From Candidatus Methylomirabilia bacterium (GTDB lineage: Bacteria; Methylomirabilota; Methylomirabilia; Rokubacteriales; CSP1-6): DNA of 64,000 nucleotides. The notes beneath the pieces are model-generated. The model did no database searches, was not told the origin of the DNA, and saw nothing but the letters and a program-made list of their open reading frames with translations. The stretch is from the NCBI GenBank assembly GCA_046758965.1, contig JBHIBG010000003.1, forward strand, positions 13,829-77,828, in the 5' to 3' direction. The translations under genes and the position numbers were made by a program. Below are positions 10,347 through 19,757 of the stretch, one piece after another (positions within the stretch are counted from its first letter, which is position 1; each line of letters opens with the position of its first letter).

Positions 10347-11231
10347 ATGAACGTTCTTCGAACTCCGGATGATCGCTTTGAAACCCTCTCCGGCTACCCC
10401 TTCGAGGCCCGCTACGCCGAGGTCGAGGGGTTCAGGATCCACTATGTGGACGAGGGCGCGGGGGCGCCGGTGCTGATGCTCCACGGCGAGCCGACATGGT
10501 CGTACCTCTACCGCAAGATGATTCCCTTGATCGCCTCCCGCCACCGGGCGATCGCGCCCGACCTGATCGGCTTCGGGCGTTCGGACAAGCTTCCCGAGCC
10601 CTCAGAGTACAGCTACGCCCGGCACGTGGCGTGGATGACCGGCTTCATCGAGGCACTCGGTCTCGAGAGGATCACCCTGGTCGGGCAGGACTGGGGAGGG
10701 CTGATCGGGCTCAGGGTGGTAGCCGAGCACCCCGACCGCTTCCGAGCCCTGGTCCTCATGAACACCGGCCTCCCCACGGGCGACGAGCCGCCCGGGGAGG
10801 CGTTCCTCCGGTGGCGCGGCTACTCGCAGCGCGTCCCGGACCTGCCGATCGGACGAGTCATCAGCGGGGGGTGCAAGTCCGAGCTCCCTCCCGAGGTGAT
10901 CGCCGCGTACGAGGCCCCGTTTCCAGACGCCAGCTTCAAGGCCGGCGCGCGCGTCTTCCCCGCGCTCGTTCCCATCACGCCCGACGATCCGGCCGCGCCG
11001 GCGAACCGGGCCGCGTGGAAAGTCCTCGAAGGCTGGAGTCGGCCGGTGCAGCTCCTCTTCTCAGACGGCGATCCGATCACCCGAGGCTGGGAGCCGGTGT
11101 TGAGGACGCGTATCCCCGGAGTGAAGGGGCAACCGGAGATCACCATCCGGGGTGCGGGGCACTTCCTTCAGGAGGACAAGGGCGAGGAGATCGCCCGAGA
11201 GATTCTGGCGTTCCTGGACCGCGCCGCGTAG
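10347..11231 (+). CDS. haloalkane dehalogenase (alpha/beta hydrolase, HLD family)
   Basis: 294-aa protein. Key stretches: RTPDDRFETLSGYPF...HYVDEG...LHGEPTWSYLYRKMIP...APDLIGFGRSDK...GQDWGG. These are hallmark HLD-I sequence blocks including the nucleophile elbow. Confidence 0.85.
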   Translation: MNVLRTPDDRFETLSGYPFEARYAEVEGFRIHYVDEGAGAPVLMLHGEPTWSYLYRKMIPLIASRHRAIAPDLIGFGRSDKLPEPSEYSYARHVAWMTGFIEALGLERITLVGQDWGGLIGLRVVAEHPDRFRALVLMNTGLPTGDEPPGEAFLRWRGYSQRVPDLPIGRVISGGCKSELPPEVIAAYEAPFPDASFKAGARVFPALVPITPDDPAAPANRAAWKVLEGWSRPVQLLFSDGDPITRGWEPVLRTRIPGVKGQPEITIRGAGHFLQEDKGEEIAREILAFLDRAA

Positions 11232-11298
11232 CGCGGCCCTGTTCGGCTCATCCGTCAACCCGAAACCCCACTATCCGGAACGAATCCGACAACCATCC

Positions 11299-12054
11299 TC
11301 ACCCTTTGATCATCCCCAAACTCCGGGCGTACTCGCGGAGGGCCGATTTCACCGTCCCCTCAGCGATGATCTCTGCTGTGAGGCCGAACTCGTACTCGAG
11401 GCCGCTTCTGGCGTCCATGAAGGGCACCGTGCGAGCGGCACGCTTCACAGCCATGAGGGCCGGGAGCGGGTTCTGGGAGAGTCGCCGCGCTTCCTCCTTC
11501 GCCGTCTCCAGCAGTCGCTCCGCCGGGACCACCCGGTCGGCGAGGCCAATGGTCAAGGCCTCGGGCGCGCTCAGGGACTCTCCGGTCAGGGAGAGGTGAA
11601 GCGCCCGAGCCATGCCGATCCTGAGCCAGAGCTTAGCCATCAGCGGGTTGATCCCGAAGCGGACCTCCGGCCGTCCGAGCGAAGCGCTCTCTGCCGTCAC
11701 AATGACATCCCCGGAGAGGGCGAGGTCGAAGCCGCCAGCGTACGCCACGCCCCCCACCGCCGTCACTAACGGCTTCTTGAAAAAATACGTTTTCTCCGTG
11801 AACTCGACGGCCCGGTGGGCAAAGGCCCGGAAGTCAGTGGCGAGCAGCTCCTTCAAGTCGAAGCCGGCGCTGAAGCACTCGATCCCGCCGGTGAGGACTC
11901 CGGCCTTGATCTGCTCGTTGCCCTCGAGGGCTTCCAGGCAGACCTCGAGCTCGTCTCGAAGCGCCATGCTGAGCGCGTTCTTCCGGGATTTCCGGTTCAG
12001 CTCCACGACCGCGATCGGAGGCTCTTCGGTCACCAGCAGGTATCGGTAGTTCAC
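11299..12054 (-). CDS. enoyl-CoA hydratase/isomerase (crotonase fold)
   Basis: Crotonase-fold sequence (CFSAGFDLKE ... AYAGGFDLALSGD). The best start is the GTG at 12054 (VNYRYLLVTEEPP). The longer track ORF reaching 12546 is upstream read-through. Confidence 0.75.
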   Translation of the reverse strand: MNYRYLLVTEEPPIAVVELNRKSRKNALSMALRDELEVCLEALEGNEQIKAGVLTGGIECFSAGFDLKELLATDFRAFAHRAVEFTEKTYFFKKPLVTAVGGVAYAGGFDLALSGDVIVTAESASLGRPEVRFGINPLMAKLWLRIGMARALHLSLTGESLSAPEALTIGLADRVVPAERLLETAKEEARRLSQNPLPALMAVKRAARTVPFMDARSGLEYEFGLTAEIIAEGTVKSALREYARSLGMIKG

Positions 12055-12179
12055 TGGGTCACCTGCCCCCCTCCTGCCAGTCCAGGAGAAGCCGCCGACT
12101 TCCTCAGCCTCCTCCTGCCCGGTCCCTGGCGAACTCTCCAAGGCCGGGAGAGGACCGGCTGACACCACCCGGGGAACGG

Positions 12180-13763
12180 CTACAGCTTGACGAGCTTGGC
12201 CGAAACGATGTCGGGCATCGCCCGGATTTCGGCCAGCACCGGGTCGGGGATGGGATCGTCCAGGTTGAGGATCGACACCGCCCGACCTCCCCGGCGCTCG
12301 CGGCCGAGCCGCATGCCGGCGATGTTGATCTGGTGGAGACCGCAGAGCGTGCCGATCCGGCCGATGACGCCGGGCACGTCCAAGTTGGAGAAGATCAGCA
12401 TCCACCCCGAAGGGACCGCCTCCAGGGGATAGCCGTCGATCCGGAGAATCCGGGGCTCTCGCCGGTGGAAGAGCGTGCCGGCCACCCCCCAGGCGCCCCT
12501 GTCGGTCGAAAGCTCGGTCGAGATCAAGCTCGCGTAGTCCTCGCACTCGGTGGCGGAGGCTTCCACCACGCGGATTCCCCGGGCCTTGGCCAGGGTTGGC
12601 GCGTTCACGTCGGTGACGTTCTCCTCCAGGATCACGGAGAGGAGCCCTTTGAGGAAGGTGACGGTGAGAAGCTCGGTTTTCAGCCCCGCCACCTCCCCGG
12701 CGTACTCGATTCGCGCCTCCCGCATCCGACCTTCGGCGATCTGAGCGAGAAAGCTCCCCAGCTTTTCCGCCAGCATCAGGTAGGGCGCCAACTCCTTGTA
12801 GGTCTCGGCGTCTACCGACGGGACGTTCACGGCGTTCCGCGTGATCCCCCGCACCAGGACATCGGCGACCTGCTGGGCGATGGCGAGGGCCACCTGGGTC
12901 TGGGCCTCCTCGGTGGAGGCGCCCAGATGGGGGGTGATGACCATCTGATCCAGGGCGAGCAGCGGGTGGTCCGGTGGGAGCGGCTCCAGCTCGAAGACGT
13001 CGAGCGCGGCGCCGGCCACGCGTCCGCTCTCGATCGCTTCGATCAGGGCCATCTCGTTGATGACCCCGCCGCGGGCGCAGTTGATCAGGCGGACGCCCTG
13101 CTTCATCCGGGCGAACTGGGCCGGGCCGAGGAAGTTCCGCGTCTCCTTGGTGAGCGGCGTATGGACGGAGATGAAGTCGGAGCGCTCGAGGAGCTCATCC
13201 AGCTCGACCACCTCCACCCCGATCTTCTGCGCGGTCTCAGCAGTCAGGTAAGGGTCGTAGGTGATGACCTGCATGCGAAGCCCGAGGGCGCGCCGGGCCA
13301 CCTCCGAGCCGATCCGGCCGAGCCCGATGATCCCGAGGATCTTGTTGTAGAGCTCGACGCCGGCGAAGCGCGCCTTCTCCCACCTGCCGCCCTTGAGCGC
13401 CCCGTGGGCCTGGGGGAGCTTCCGGGCCAGGGCCAGGAGAAGGCCGATCGCGTGCTCGGCCACCGCGATGGTGTTGGCCCCGGGAGCGTTCATCACGATG
13501 ATCCCGCGCTGGCTGGCCGCCTCGACATCAATGTTGTCCACGCCGGCTCCGGCTCGCCCCACGACGACCAGATCGCGGGCCGCCTCCAGGACCTTGGCGG
13601 TCACCTTGGTGGCGCTGCGCACGATCAGCCCCTCGACATCCGCGATCCGGCCGCAGAGCTCGGCTTCGGGGAGCGCGCCGGCCACCTCGACCAGAAGACC
13701 CTCCTTGCGGAGGGCCTCACCGCCGACCTCGTGGAGCCCGTCGGTGATAAGCACTTTCTTCAT
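12180..13763 (-). CDS. serA: D-3-phosphoglycerate dehydrogenase
   Basis: 527-aa 2-hydroxyacid dehydrogenase with the GxGxxG NAD motif (GLGRIGSEVA) and a C-terminal ACT-like region. Confidence 0.9.
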   Translation of the reverse strand: MKKVLITDGLHEVGGEALRKEGLLVEVAGALPEAELCGRIADVEGLIVRSATKVTAKVLEAARDLVVVGRAGAGVDNIDVEAASQRGIIVMNAPGANTIAVAEHAIGLLLALARKLPQAHGALKGGRWEKARFAGVELYNKILGIIGLGRIGSEVARRALGLRMQVITYDPYLTAETAQKIGVEVVELDELLERSDFISVHTPLTKETRNFLGPAQFARMKQGVRLINCARGGVINEMALIEAIESGRVAGAALDVFELEPLPPDHPLLALDQMVITPHLGASTEEAQTQVALAIAQQVADVLVRGITRNAVNVPSVDAETYKELAPYLMLAEKLGSFLAQIAEGRMREARIEYAGEVAGLKTELLTVTFLKGLLSVILEENVTDVNAPTLAKARGIRVVEASATECEDYASLISTELSTDRGAWGVAGTLFHRREPRILRIDGYPLEAVPSGWMLIFSNLDVPGVIGRIGTLCGLHQINIAGMRLGRERRGGRAVSILNLDDPIPDPVLAEIRAMPDIVSAKLVKL

Positions 13764-14901
13764 GACTTGTCTGTCAGGACCTTCTGGGCCGCGCGGATCG
13801 AGGTGCCCAGATCAACGGGGTGCCCGAGCTCCGCCAGCACCTGCTCGAGCGCTGACAGCGCCACGATCACGTCGAAGTCGCCCACGTACCCCATGTGGCC
13901 GAGACGGACGAGCGTGCCCTTCATCTCCCCCTGCCCGCCCGCGATGGTGATGTTGTGGGTCTTCGCGAACCCCTTCACCACCACCTCGCCGTCGATCCCC
14001 CGCGGTGCGACCAGGGCGGTGATCGCCGGGCTCGGGGTGGCCTTCGCGAAGAGCTCGAGCCCCAGCGCCTCGACCCCCGCGCGCGTGGCGCGGGCCAGCC
14101 GGTCGTGACGCCGGAAGAGACTCGCGAGCCCCTCGGCCTCCAGCATGGTGAGGGCCTGACGAAGCCCGACGATGATGGAGACCGCAGGGGTGAAGTGGGC
14201 CTGGTTCTTCTGCTGCGCCTCGAGCTCTTGAGCCAGGTCGAAGTAGTACCTGGGGAGCGTGGAGTCCTTGGCCAGCCGCCAGGCCTTCGCGGAGAGCGCG
14301 CAGAACGCGAGCCCGGGCGGGAGCATGAGCCCCTTCTGGGAGCCGGCCACCACGAAATCCACGCCCCAGGCGTCCATGGGGAGGTCGGCCACGCCCAGAC
14401 TGGAGACGGCGTCCACCACCAGGATCGCGGGGGTGGTCCGGGTCACCCGAGCATAGCCTTCCACATCATGCAGGACGCCGGTGGACGTCTCGCTGTGCTG
14501 GCAGAAGACCGCCTTGACCCCGGGACTCTTCCTGAGCTCCTCGGCCAGCCGATCCGGAGGCACGGTGTGGCCATAGGGAGCCTCCAGCGGGATCACCTCG
14601 ACCCCGTAAGCCTGGCAGATCTCAGCCCACCGCTCGCCGAACTTCCCCGCCCGAACCACGATCGCGCGGTCGCCGCGACAGAGCATGTTGACGACAGCGG
14701 CCTCCATGGCGCCTGTGCCGGAGGCGGCGAAGAGGACGGGCTCCTCGCGGGTCTGAACGAGCCTCTTGAGCCCGGCGCGAACCTCGCTGAAGAGCGCCTC
14801 GTAGGCCGGCGTGCGGTGGTGGATGATGGGCTGGGCCATCGCGAGGAGCACTTCCTGGGGGACCGGCGTGGGCCCCGGCGCCATCAGGTAATACTTCTTC
14901 A
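13760..14901 (-). CDS. class V aminotransferase (serine-pyruvate / phosphoserine aminotransferase type)
   Basis: Starts MKKYYLMAPGPTPVP, preceded by an AAAGGAGA Shine-Dalgarno. PLP-lysine region GSQKGLMLPPG. Its 4-nt overlap with serA suggests an operon. Confidence 0.8.
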
Positions 14902-14964
14902 TCGTTTCTCCTTTCGGGATCGCTTTGTGAACGCTATCACACAGTCTCGGGCCGCGCAATCCTG

Positions 14965-14982
14965 TTCACTCCGGAGCTGACA
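14965..14982. promoter_or_regulatory. CRP/FNR-type palindrome TGTGA-N6-TCACA upstream of the serC-like/serA operon
   Basis: ttGTGAacgctaTCACAca sits about 65 bp upstream of the aminotransferase start. Half-sites are perfect with 6-nt spacing. Confidence 0.35.
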
Positions 14983-15477
14983 GCTGAAGCTCACTTGTTG
15001 TTTTTCAAAGGGCACGTTCCAAAGCATACCATCGAGCACCTTCGCTCAACATTTGAAGGAGTTTCCCCACCGATTCCCGAGCCAGATATGGTCTCCGGGC
15101 CCAGCCCGTGAGAACTCTCGCTCACCCCCAGCAGACGGTCCTCTTCGTGTCTCACCTATCGGCGCTCTCCCTGTTTCCACGGCCCTCCAGCATCGCCTCC
15201 ACCGGCCCAGGATTCGAATCTCAGGCTTACCCCTGTCTCCTCTTCTCCCAAATCTGAGACAATTACGAATCGGGTGGACGCCCACGCAGCGGCCGGAAGG
15301 GACCCTAGCTCTCCCTGGCCGAAGCCGCTACCACGGCCGTTCGTGACTACGATAAGCCGCCAGGAGGCGTGGCCCCGTCAACCCCTAAAACTCCAGGAGG
15401 GCGAGGATTGGTCTTCATGATGTGGTCGTGGTCATGCACCCACAGGCTCGAACCGGCTTGACAGGAGTATAACAATT

Positions 15478-15873
15478 TTGTTATCTTCTGGAGGCGGGTG
15501 GGAGATCGACGATGTGCGCACAGACCAGGGTCGACGGCCGGTCAAGGAGTTCTTCGACGGGCTATCGAAAGGAGCCAAGGCGAAGGTCTATGCGGCGCTC
15601 ACGATGCTCGAACGAGAGGGCAACCGTCTCGGGTTCCCGAAATCCAAAAGCTTGGGGCAGGGACTTCACGAGTTGCGAATCCCGCACCCGCAGGGGCCGT
15701 TCAGGATTATTTACTGCTTTCAGCCCGACCGACGTGTCGTTTTGCTCCATGCCTTTGTAAAGCGAACGGAGCAGATACCGGGGCGTGAGCTTGAATTAGC
15801 ACGGAAGAGAAAACCTCGTCAAATCAGAGTGAGAAGAAGTGGGGGGAAACCATGGCTAGGCGAAGGACCCTGA
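15478..15873 (+). CDS. type II toxin, HigB/RelE-like (phage Gp49 family)
   Basis: Motifs WEIDD...KEFFDGL...LGQGLHELRIPHPQGPFRIIYCF...RRVVLLHAFVKRTEQIP. A TTGACA -35-like box and an AGGAG sit upstream. The start is probably the TTG at 15478, but that is uncertain. Confidence 0.7.
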   Translation: MLSSGGGWEIDDVRTDQGRRPVKEFFDGLSKGAKAKVYAALTMLEREGNRLGFPKSKSLGQGLHELRIPHPQGPFRIIYCFQPDRRVVLLHAFVKRTEQIPGRELELARKRKPRQIRVRRSGGKPWLGEGP

Positions 15874-16175
15874 TGGACGAAATTCACAAGGAACTCAGGA
15901 GCGATCGTGAGCTCAACGCGCTCTACCAGAGGGAGCTGGCACGCCTTCAATTGGCAAACCAGATCGTGAAGGTGCGAGAGCGAGCCCGACTAAGCCAAGC
16001 GGCCCTTGCGCGACTTGTCGGGACTCGGCAATCAGGTATCGCCCGGATGGAGCGAAGCGCCTACACGGGCTACACCGTGGCGACGCTCGCAAAGATCGCA
16101 GCCGCTACCGGCTGCACGCTCGATGTGAGGCTGGTCGTTCCCAAGAGCAGGGCCGCCACACTCGCCGGTCGCTGA
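15852..16175 (+). CDS. HTH XRE-family antitoxin (HigA-like)
   Basis: 107-aa protein with a helix-turn-helix (LSQAALARLVGTRQSGIARME). It overlaps the toxin gene by 22 nt. Confidence 0.75.
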   Translation: MARRRTLMDEIHKELRSDRELNALYQRELARLQLANQIVKVRERARLSQAALARLVGTRQSGIARMERSAYTGYTVATLAKIAAATGCTLDVRLVVPKSRAATLAGR

Positions 16176-16349
16176 AATTGGCCGGCCCAATTAGCGCGGG
16201 CGTCGTAGGCTCACGTCAACCCGTTTTTACCCCGTGACCCCTCGCGACGTTACCTCCGGGACCGCATGCCAGTCGATCTTGCCTTCTGATCCCCTCCAGC
16301 ATCATCGGGCACCACCAAGTCCTCACCCGGTTCCACGACGATCCCGGAA

Positions 16350-17897
16350 TCACTTCGTGTGGGGCCGGAGCGAGACCGTGGTGCGAGGGGCGCTCTTGAC
16401 CGAGCGGCCCAGGGCGGTCACGAAGAGGGCGTCCTTCCCTTCGGCGTGGGGGGCGAAGAAGCCCACCACCTCGCCGTCGTAGTACGTGAGCCCGGAGGCG
16501 CCAAATCCGCAGGCGTAGGCTGCCAGGTAGCAGCGGCCCCCGATCAGCCCCGCCTCCAGGTTGGCCAGGCGGTAGCCCCGGTTGCCGTAGTGTCGGAGGA
16601 TCGGGGTCAGCCCGGCGAGGAAGAAGACCACGACACTGGCGTCGGCGGCGAGCTCCTGTTCCAGGCAGAGATAGCCGGCCCGAGCCCGGAACTCTCCCGC
16701 CCTGACAAGCTCCAGTCCGTGCGCCCCCCACGAGTAGCAGTACGCGCCGGGCCGAAGCCCCTCCACGGCGTTCACGATGAGGTAGAGATCGACGAGCCCG
16801 GAGGGAAAGTCAGCCGGGAACCCGCGCGTGGCGTGGAAGAGGACCGTGGAGAGCTCCTCAGAGGTGATCGGCTCTCGCGCGAACTCGCGCGTCGAGGCGC
16901 GCCGAAGGATGGTCTCTCCCAGGCTCTGCCCCGACCGGCTCTTCGAAGCAGGGAGCGGCAGAAGATCTCCCGGCGGGGCGGGCCGCCGGGCTCCCGCCCC
17001 CATCCGCCACTGGCTCACTTCGCCGGAATCCGCGAGCGTCGAGGCCGTGTGCATCTGCCTGAGGAGCGGGTAGTCCACCTCGCGCTTCGAGAGCGGGAGG
17101 TAGGAGGGAGCGATCTCCTCCACGCGCGGGGGCCGAGGCGCCTCCGTGCCCTCGCCTCCCACGGCCACCAGCTCGAGGCTCCCTTCTTTCTCGACCTCGA
17201 GGCCCAGGAGCCTGTTCACCCGGTCGTCCACGAAGCCGGCGACGATCCGGGCGGGGAACCCGGCCCCGGCCGCCACGCTCATCAGATTTGCCAGCATGGT
17301 CCCCGAGTCCCAGAAGAGGTGGCGGTACGCGCGCGCTTCGTACTTCCAAGCGTTCCGCCAGTAGATGGCCGTGAGCGCCAGGATGGCGGGAGCGCGGGCG
17401 ATGGCGGGATCAGAAGCCGCCTCGGCCAGCTCCTGACGGAAGTCCCCCTCTCTGAGCCGACGGAGCGAGAAGTCGCCGGGGCAGAAGTGATAGACACCCG
17501 CCGCAAGGTCCGGGACCGCCCCGGCTACGACATAGACTTCGGTTTGATAGAGCGCCCCGGTGGAAGGAGCCGCGCGGAAATGGATCGACTCCCCGCCGGG
17601 GTAGCTCTTCTTCTTGGTGATCGCCGCCGAGAAGAAGAGCAGGGTGGCGAGCCCATCGAGCGTCAGAGCGTTCGCTCCGGGGCGCCCGCCCGAGAGCGCC
17701 TCGAGCGTGTCGGCGGCCGGCGGGCCGACCTCCCGCGCCAGCTGGATCACGGGGAGGTCGGGGTACACCTTGTAGAGGAACGGCTTCGTCTCCCAATCCA
17801 GATAGTGGCCGCTCTGGCGGACCGACCACTCGCTGTGGGCGGTCTCGTCGTGATAGTGCCGAGCGACCTGGATGTCGCGATTCGCGCCTGCGCTCAC
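16350..17897 (-). CDS. SagB/ThcOx-type dehydrogenase (tandem nitroreductase-like domains)
   Basis: N-terminus is VSAGANRDIQVARHYHDETAHS... and the protein has two nitroreductase-fold halves, as in TIGR03605 proteins. The GTG start at 17897 overlaps the mtnA stop (GTGA). The upstream extension in the track ORF, to 18311, is an artefact. Confidence 0.7.
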   Translation of the reverse strand: MSAGANRDIQVARHYHDETAHSEWSVRQSGHYLDWETKPFLYKVYPDLPVIQLAREVGPPAADTLEALSGGRPGANALTLDGLATLLFFSAAITKKKSYPGGESIHFRAAPSTGALYQTEVYVVAGAVPDLAAGVYHFCPGDFSLRRLREGDFRQELAEAASDPAIARAPAILALTAIYWRNAWKYEARAYRHLFWDSGTMLANLMSVAAGAGFPARIVAGFVDDRVNRLLGLEVEKEGSLELVAVGGEGTEAPRPPRVEEIAPSYLPLSKREVDYPLLRQMHTASTLADSGEVSQWRMGAGARRPAPPGDLLPLPASKSRSGQSLGETILRRASTREFAREPITSEELSTVLFHATRGFPADFPSGLVDLYLIVNAVEGLRPGAYCYSWGAHGLELVRAGEFRARAGYLCLEQELAADASVVVFFLAGLTPILRHYGNRGYRLANLEAGLIGGRCYLAAYACGFGASGLTYYDGEVVGFFAPHAEGKDALFVTALGRSVKSAPRTTVSLRPHTK

Positions 17898-18913
17898 TTC
17901 GAAAAGTCGTACGGGGGCCGGAAGACACCTCGCTCGGTCACGATGGCGGTGACCAGGGCGGCCGGGGTCACGTCGAAGGCGGGGTTGAAGACCGGAGAGG
18001 CGCCGGGCGCGATGAGGTCGCCACCGATCCCCCGGATCTCGCGCGGATCCCGCTCCTCGATCGGGATGAGCGCTCCGGAGGCGAGGCTCGGGTCGACCGT
18101 CGAGACCGGCGCGGCCACGTAGAAGGGCAGGCCGTGGTGCCGGGCCAGCACCGCCAGGCCGTAGGTGCCGATCTTGTTGGCCGTGTCGCCGTTGGCGGCA
18201 ATGCGGTCGGCCCCCGTGATGATCAAGTCCACCTGCCCCTGAGCCATGAGGCTCGCAGCTGCCGCATCCGCGATGACCCGGTGAGGGATCCCCTCTTTGA
18301 GGCATTCCCACGCGGTGAGGCGGGATCCCTGAAGCACCGGCCGGGTCTCGTCCACCCAGAGGAGGGCGACCTTGCCCTGAATGTGGGCGGCCCGAACAAC
18401 GCCGAGCGCCGTGCCGTAGCCGGCGGTGGCCAGGGCGCCGGTATTACAGTGGGTGAGGATCCGCGCGCGAGCCGGAATCAGCGCTGCCCCGTGCTGCCCC
18501 AGCGCGCGGTTGGCCGCCACGTCCTCTTCCAGCACCGTCTGGGCCTCGGCCAGGAGCCTGGCCCTGAGCTCACCCAGGGGCAAGCTCCGGTGGTCAAGGG
18601 CGACGCGGCGCAGTCGCTCCAGCGCCCAGAAGAGGTTGACCGCGGTGGGTCGCGTGGCGGCGAGCTCCTTGATGGCCACTTCCAGGTCGCCGAGCAAGCC
18701 GTCGAACGTAGCGGCGGGACTCTCACGGGCAGCCAGGGCCACCCCGAAGGCCGCGGCCACACCGATGGCGGGAGCGCCCCTGACCCGGAGCGTCCGGATG
18801 GCCTCGGCGACCGCGCGCCACTCCCCGCAACCCCACTCGACCTCCTCTGCGGGGAGCCGGGTCTGGTCGAGGAGCACTAAGCGGTCCCCTCTCCAGCGGA
18901 CCGGGGCGATCAC
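17894..18913 (-). CDS. mtnA: S-methyl-5-thioribose-1-phosphate isomerase (eIF-2B alpha/beta/delta family)
   Basis: 339-aa protein with full-length MtnA/e2B2 similarity (GAPAIGVAAAFG ... CNTGALAT ... GADRIAANGD). Confidence 0.85.
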   Translation of the reverse strand: MIAPVRWRGDRLVLLDQTRLPAEEVEWGCGEWRAVAEAIRTLRVRGAPAIGVAAAFGVALAARESPAATFDGLLGDLEVAIKELAATRPTAVNLFWALERLRRVALDHRSLPLGELRARLLAEAQTVLEEDVAANRALGQHGAALIPARARILTHCNTGALATAGYGTALGVVRAAHIQGKVALLWVDETRPVLQGSRLTAWECLKEGIPHRVIADAAAASLMAQGQVDLIITGADRIAANGDTANKIGTYGLAVLARHHGLPFYVAAPVSTVDPSLASGALIPIEERDPREIRGIGGDLIAPGASPVFNPAFDVTPAALVTAIVTERGVFRPPYDFSK

Positions 18914-18951
18914 CCGGGCTTCCTCAAACCCTCCAGCTTGGCTTCAAGGAC

Positions 18952-19488
18952 TCAGCTCGCCCCGGGCCCTTCATCGGCCAGCTCCTGGGCGATGAGCGTC
19001 TGGTACATGTCGACAGTCGACCGAAGGCCTTCGGCGAGCTGGCGGCGGGTGCGCTTCAGCATCAGGATGTCGTTCTGGATCTTGGCTGCCTCCGCTCGCG
19101 CCTCCTCCATGAGCTTCTCTCCCTGGAGCTCGGCATCCCGGAGCAGGAACTGGGCCTCTTTCCGGGCGGAGTCCCTCAGCTCCTCAGCTGCACGCCCGGA
19201 CGACTCCCTCAGCTCCTCAGCCTCCCGCCGGGCGGTCTCCTTCAGCTCCTCAGCCAGCCGCTGGCTGGTGAGCAGCGTCTCCTTGATCGTCCGCTCGAGG
19301 TCCTTGTAGCCGCGCGCCCGCTCCTCGGAGGCCGCCAGCTGCTCCTTGAGCAAGCTGTTCTCCCTCAGGAGGTGCTCGTAGTCCTCGGCCACCTCATTGA
19401 GGAAGGTGTCCACCTCGTCCATGTCGAAGCCGCGGAACAGCTTGACCGAAAATTGCTGTTGACGAATGTCCGGGGGACTGATGCGCAT
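18952..19488 (-). CDS. divIVA: DivIVA domain cell-division protein
   Basis: N-terminal DivIVA motif (ISPPDIRQQQFSVKLFRGFDMDEVDTFL) followed by coiled-coil. Confidence 0.85.
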   Translation of the reverse strand: MRISPPDIRQQQFSVKLFRGFDMDEVDTFLNEVAEDYEHLLRENSLLKEQLAASEERARGYKDLERTIKETLLTSQRLAEELKETARREAEELRESSGRAAEELRDSARKEAQFLLRDAELQGEKLMEEARAEAAKIQNDILMLKRTRRQLAEGLRSTVDMYQTLIAQELADEGPGAS

Positions 19489-19509
19489 GGCGTAAACCTC
19501 CCTAACCCA

Positions 19510-19749
19510 TCATCGGGCCAGAAGCCCCTGAAGGATAAAAATGATGAGAATAGCAATCATCGGGGAGAGATCCAGCCCGATCTGCCGGGTGGGAAGGAGA
19601 TCCCGGATAGGGCGGAGCACCGGCTCAGTCGCTTGGTAGAGAAACCGCACGATCGGATTGGACGGGTCGGGGTTTATCCAGGAAAGGAGCGCCCGGGCAA
19701 TGATGATCCACATGTAGACCATCAGCAGCGTGTTCAGGAGGTTGGCCAC
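19510..19749 (-). CDS. yggT: YggT family membrane protein (YlmG/Ycf19)
   Basis: 79-aa two-TM protein with the YggT-family signature. Confidence 0.8.
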   Translation of the reverse strand: MANLLNTLLMVYMWIIIARALLSWINPDPSNPIVRFLYQATEPVLRPIRDLLPTRQIGLDLSPMIAILIIFILQGLLAR

Positions 19750-19757
19750 GGCGACAC

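Noticed and set aside
15230-15260. tRNA T-arm-like GGATTCGAATC motif in the 14.9-15.5 kb spacer
   Set aside because: I could not build flanking complementary stems for a T-arm or acceptor stem on either strand. No full cloverleaf is evident.
15285-15310. SRP-RNA-like CCGGAAGG motif
   Set aside because: Only the tetraloop-like core matches. The flanking helix-8 strands are not complementary, so this is not called a 4.5S RNA.
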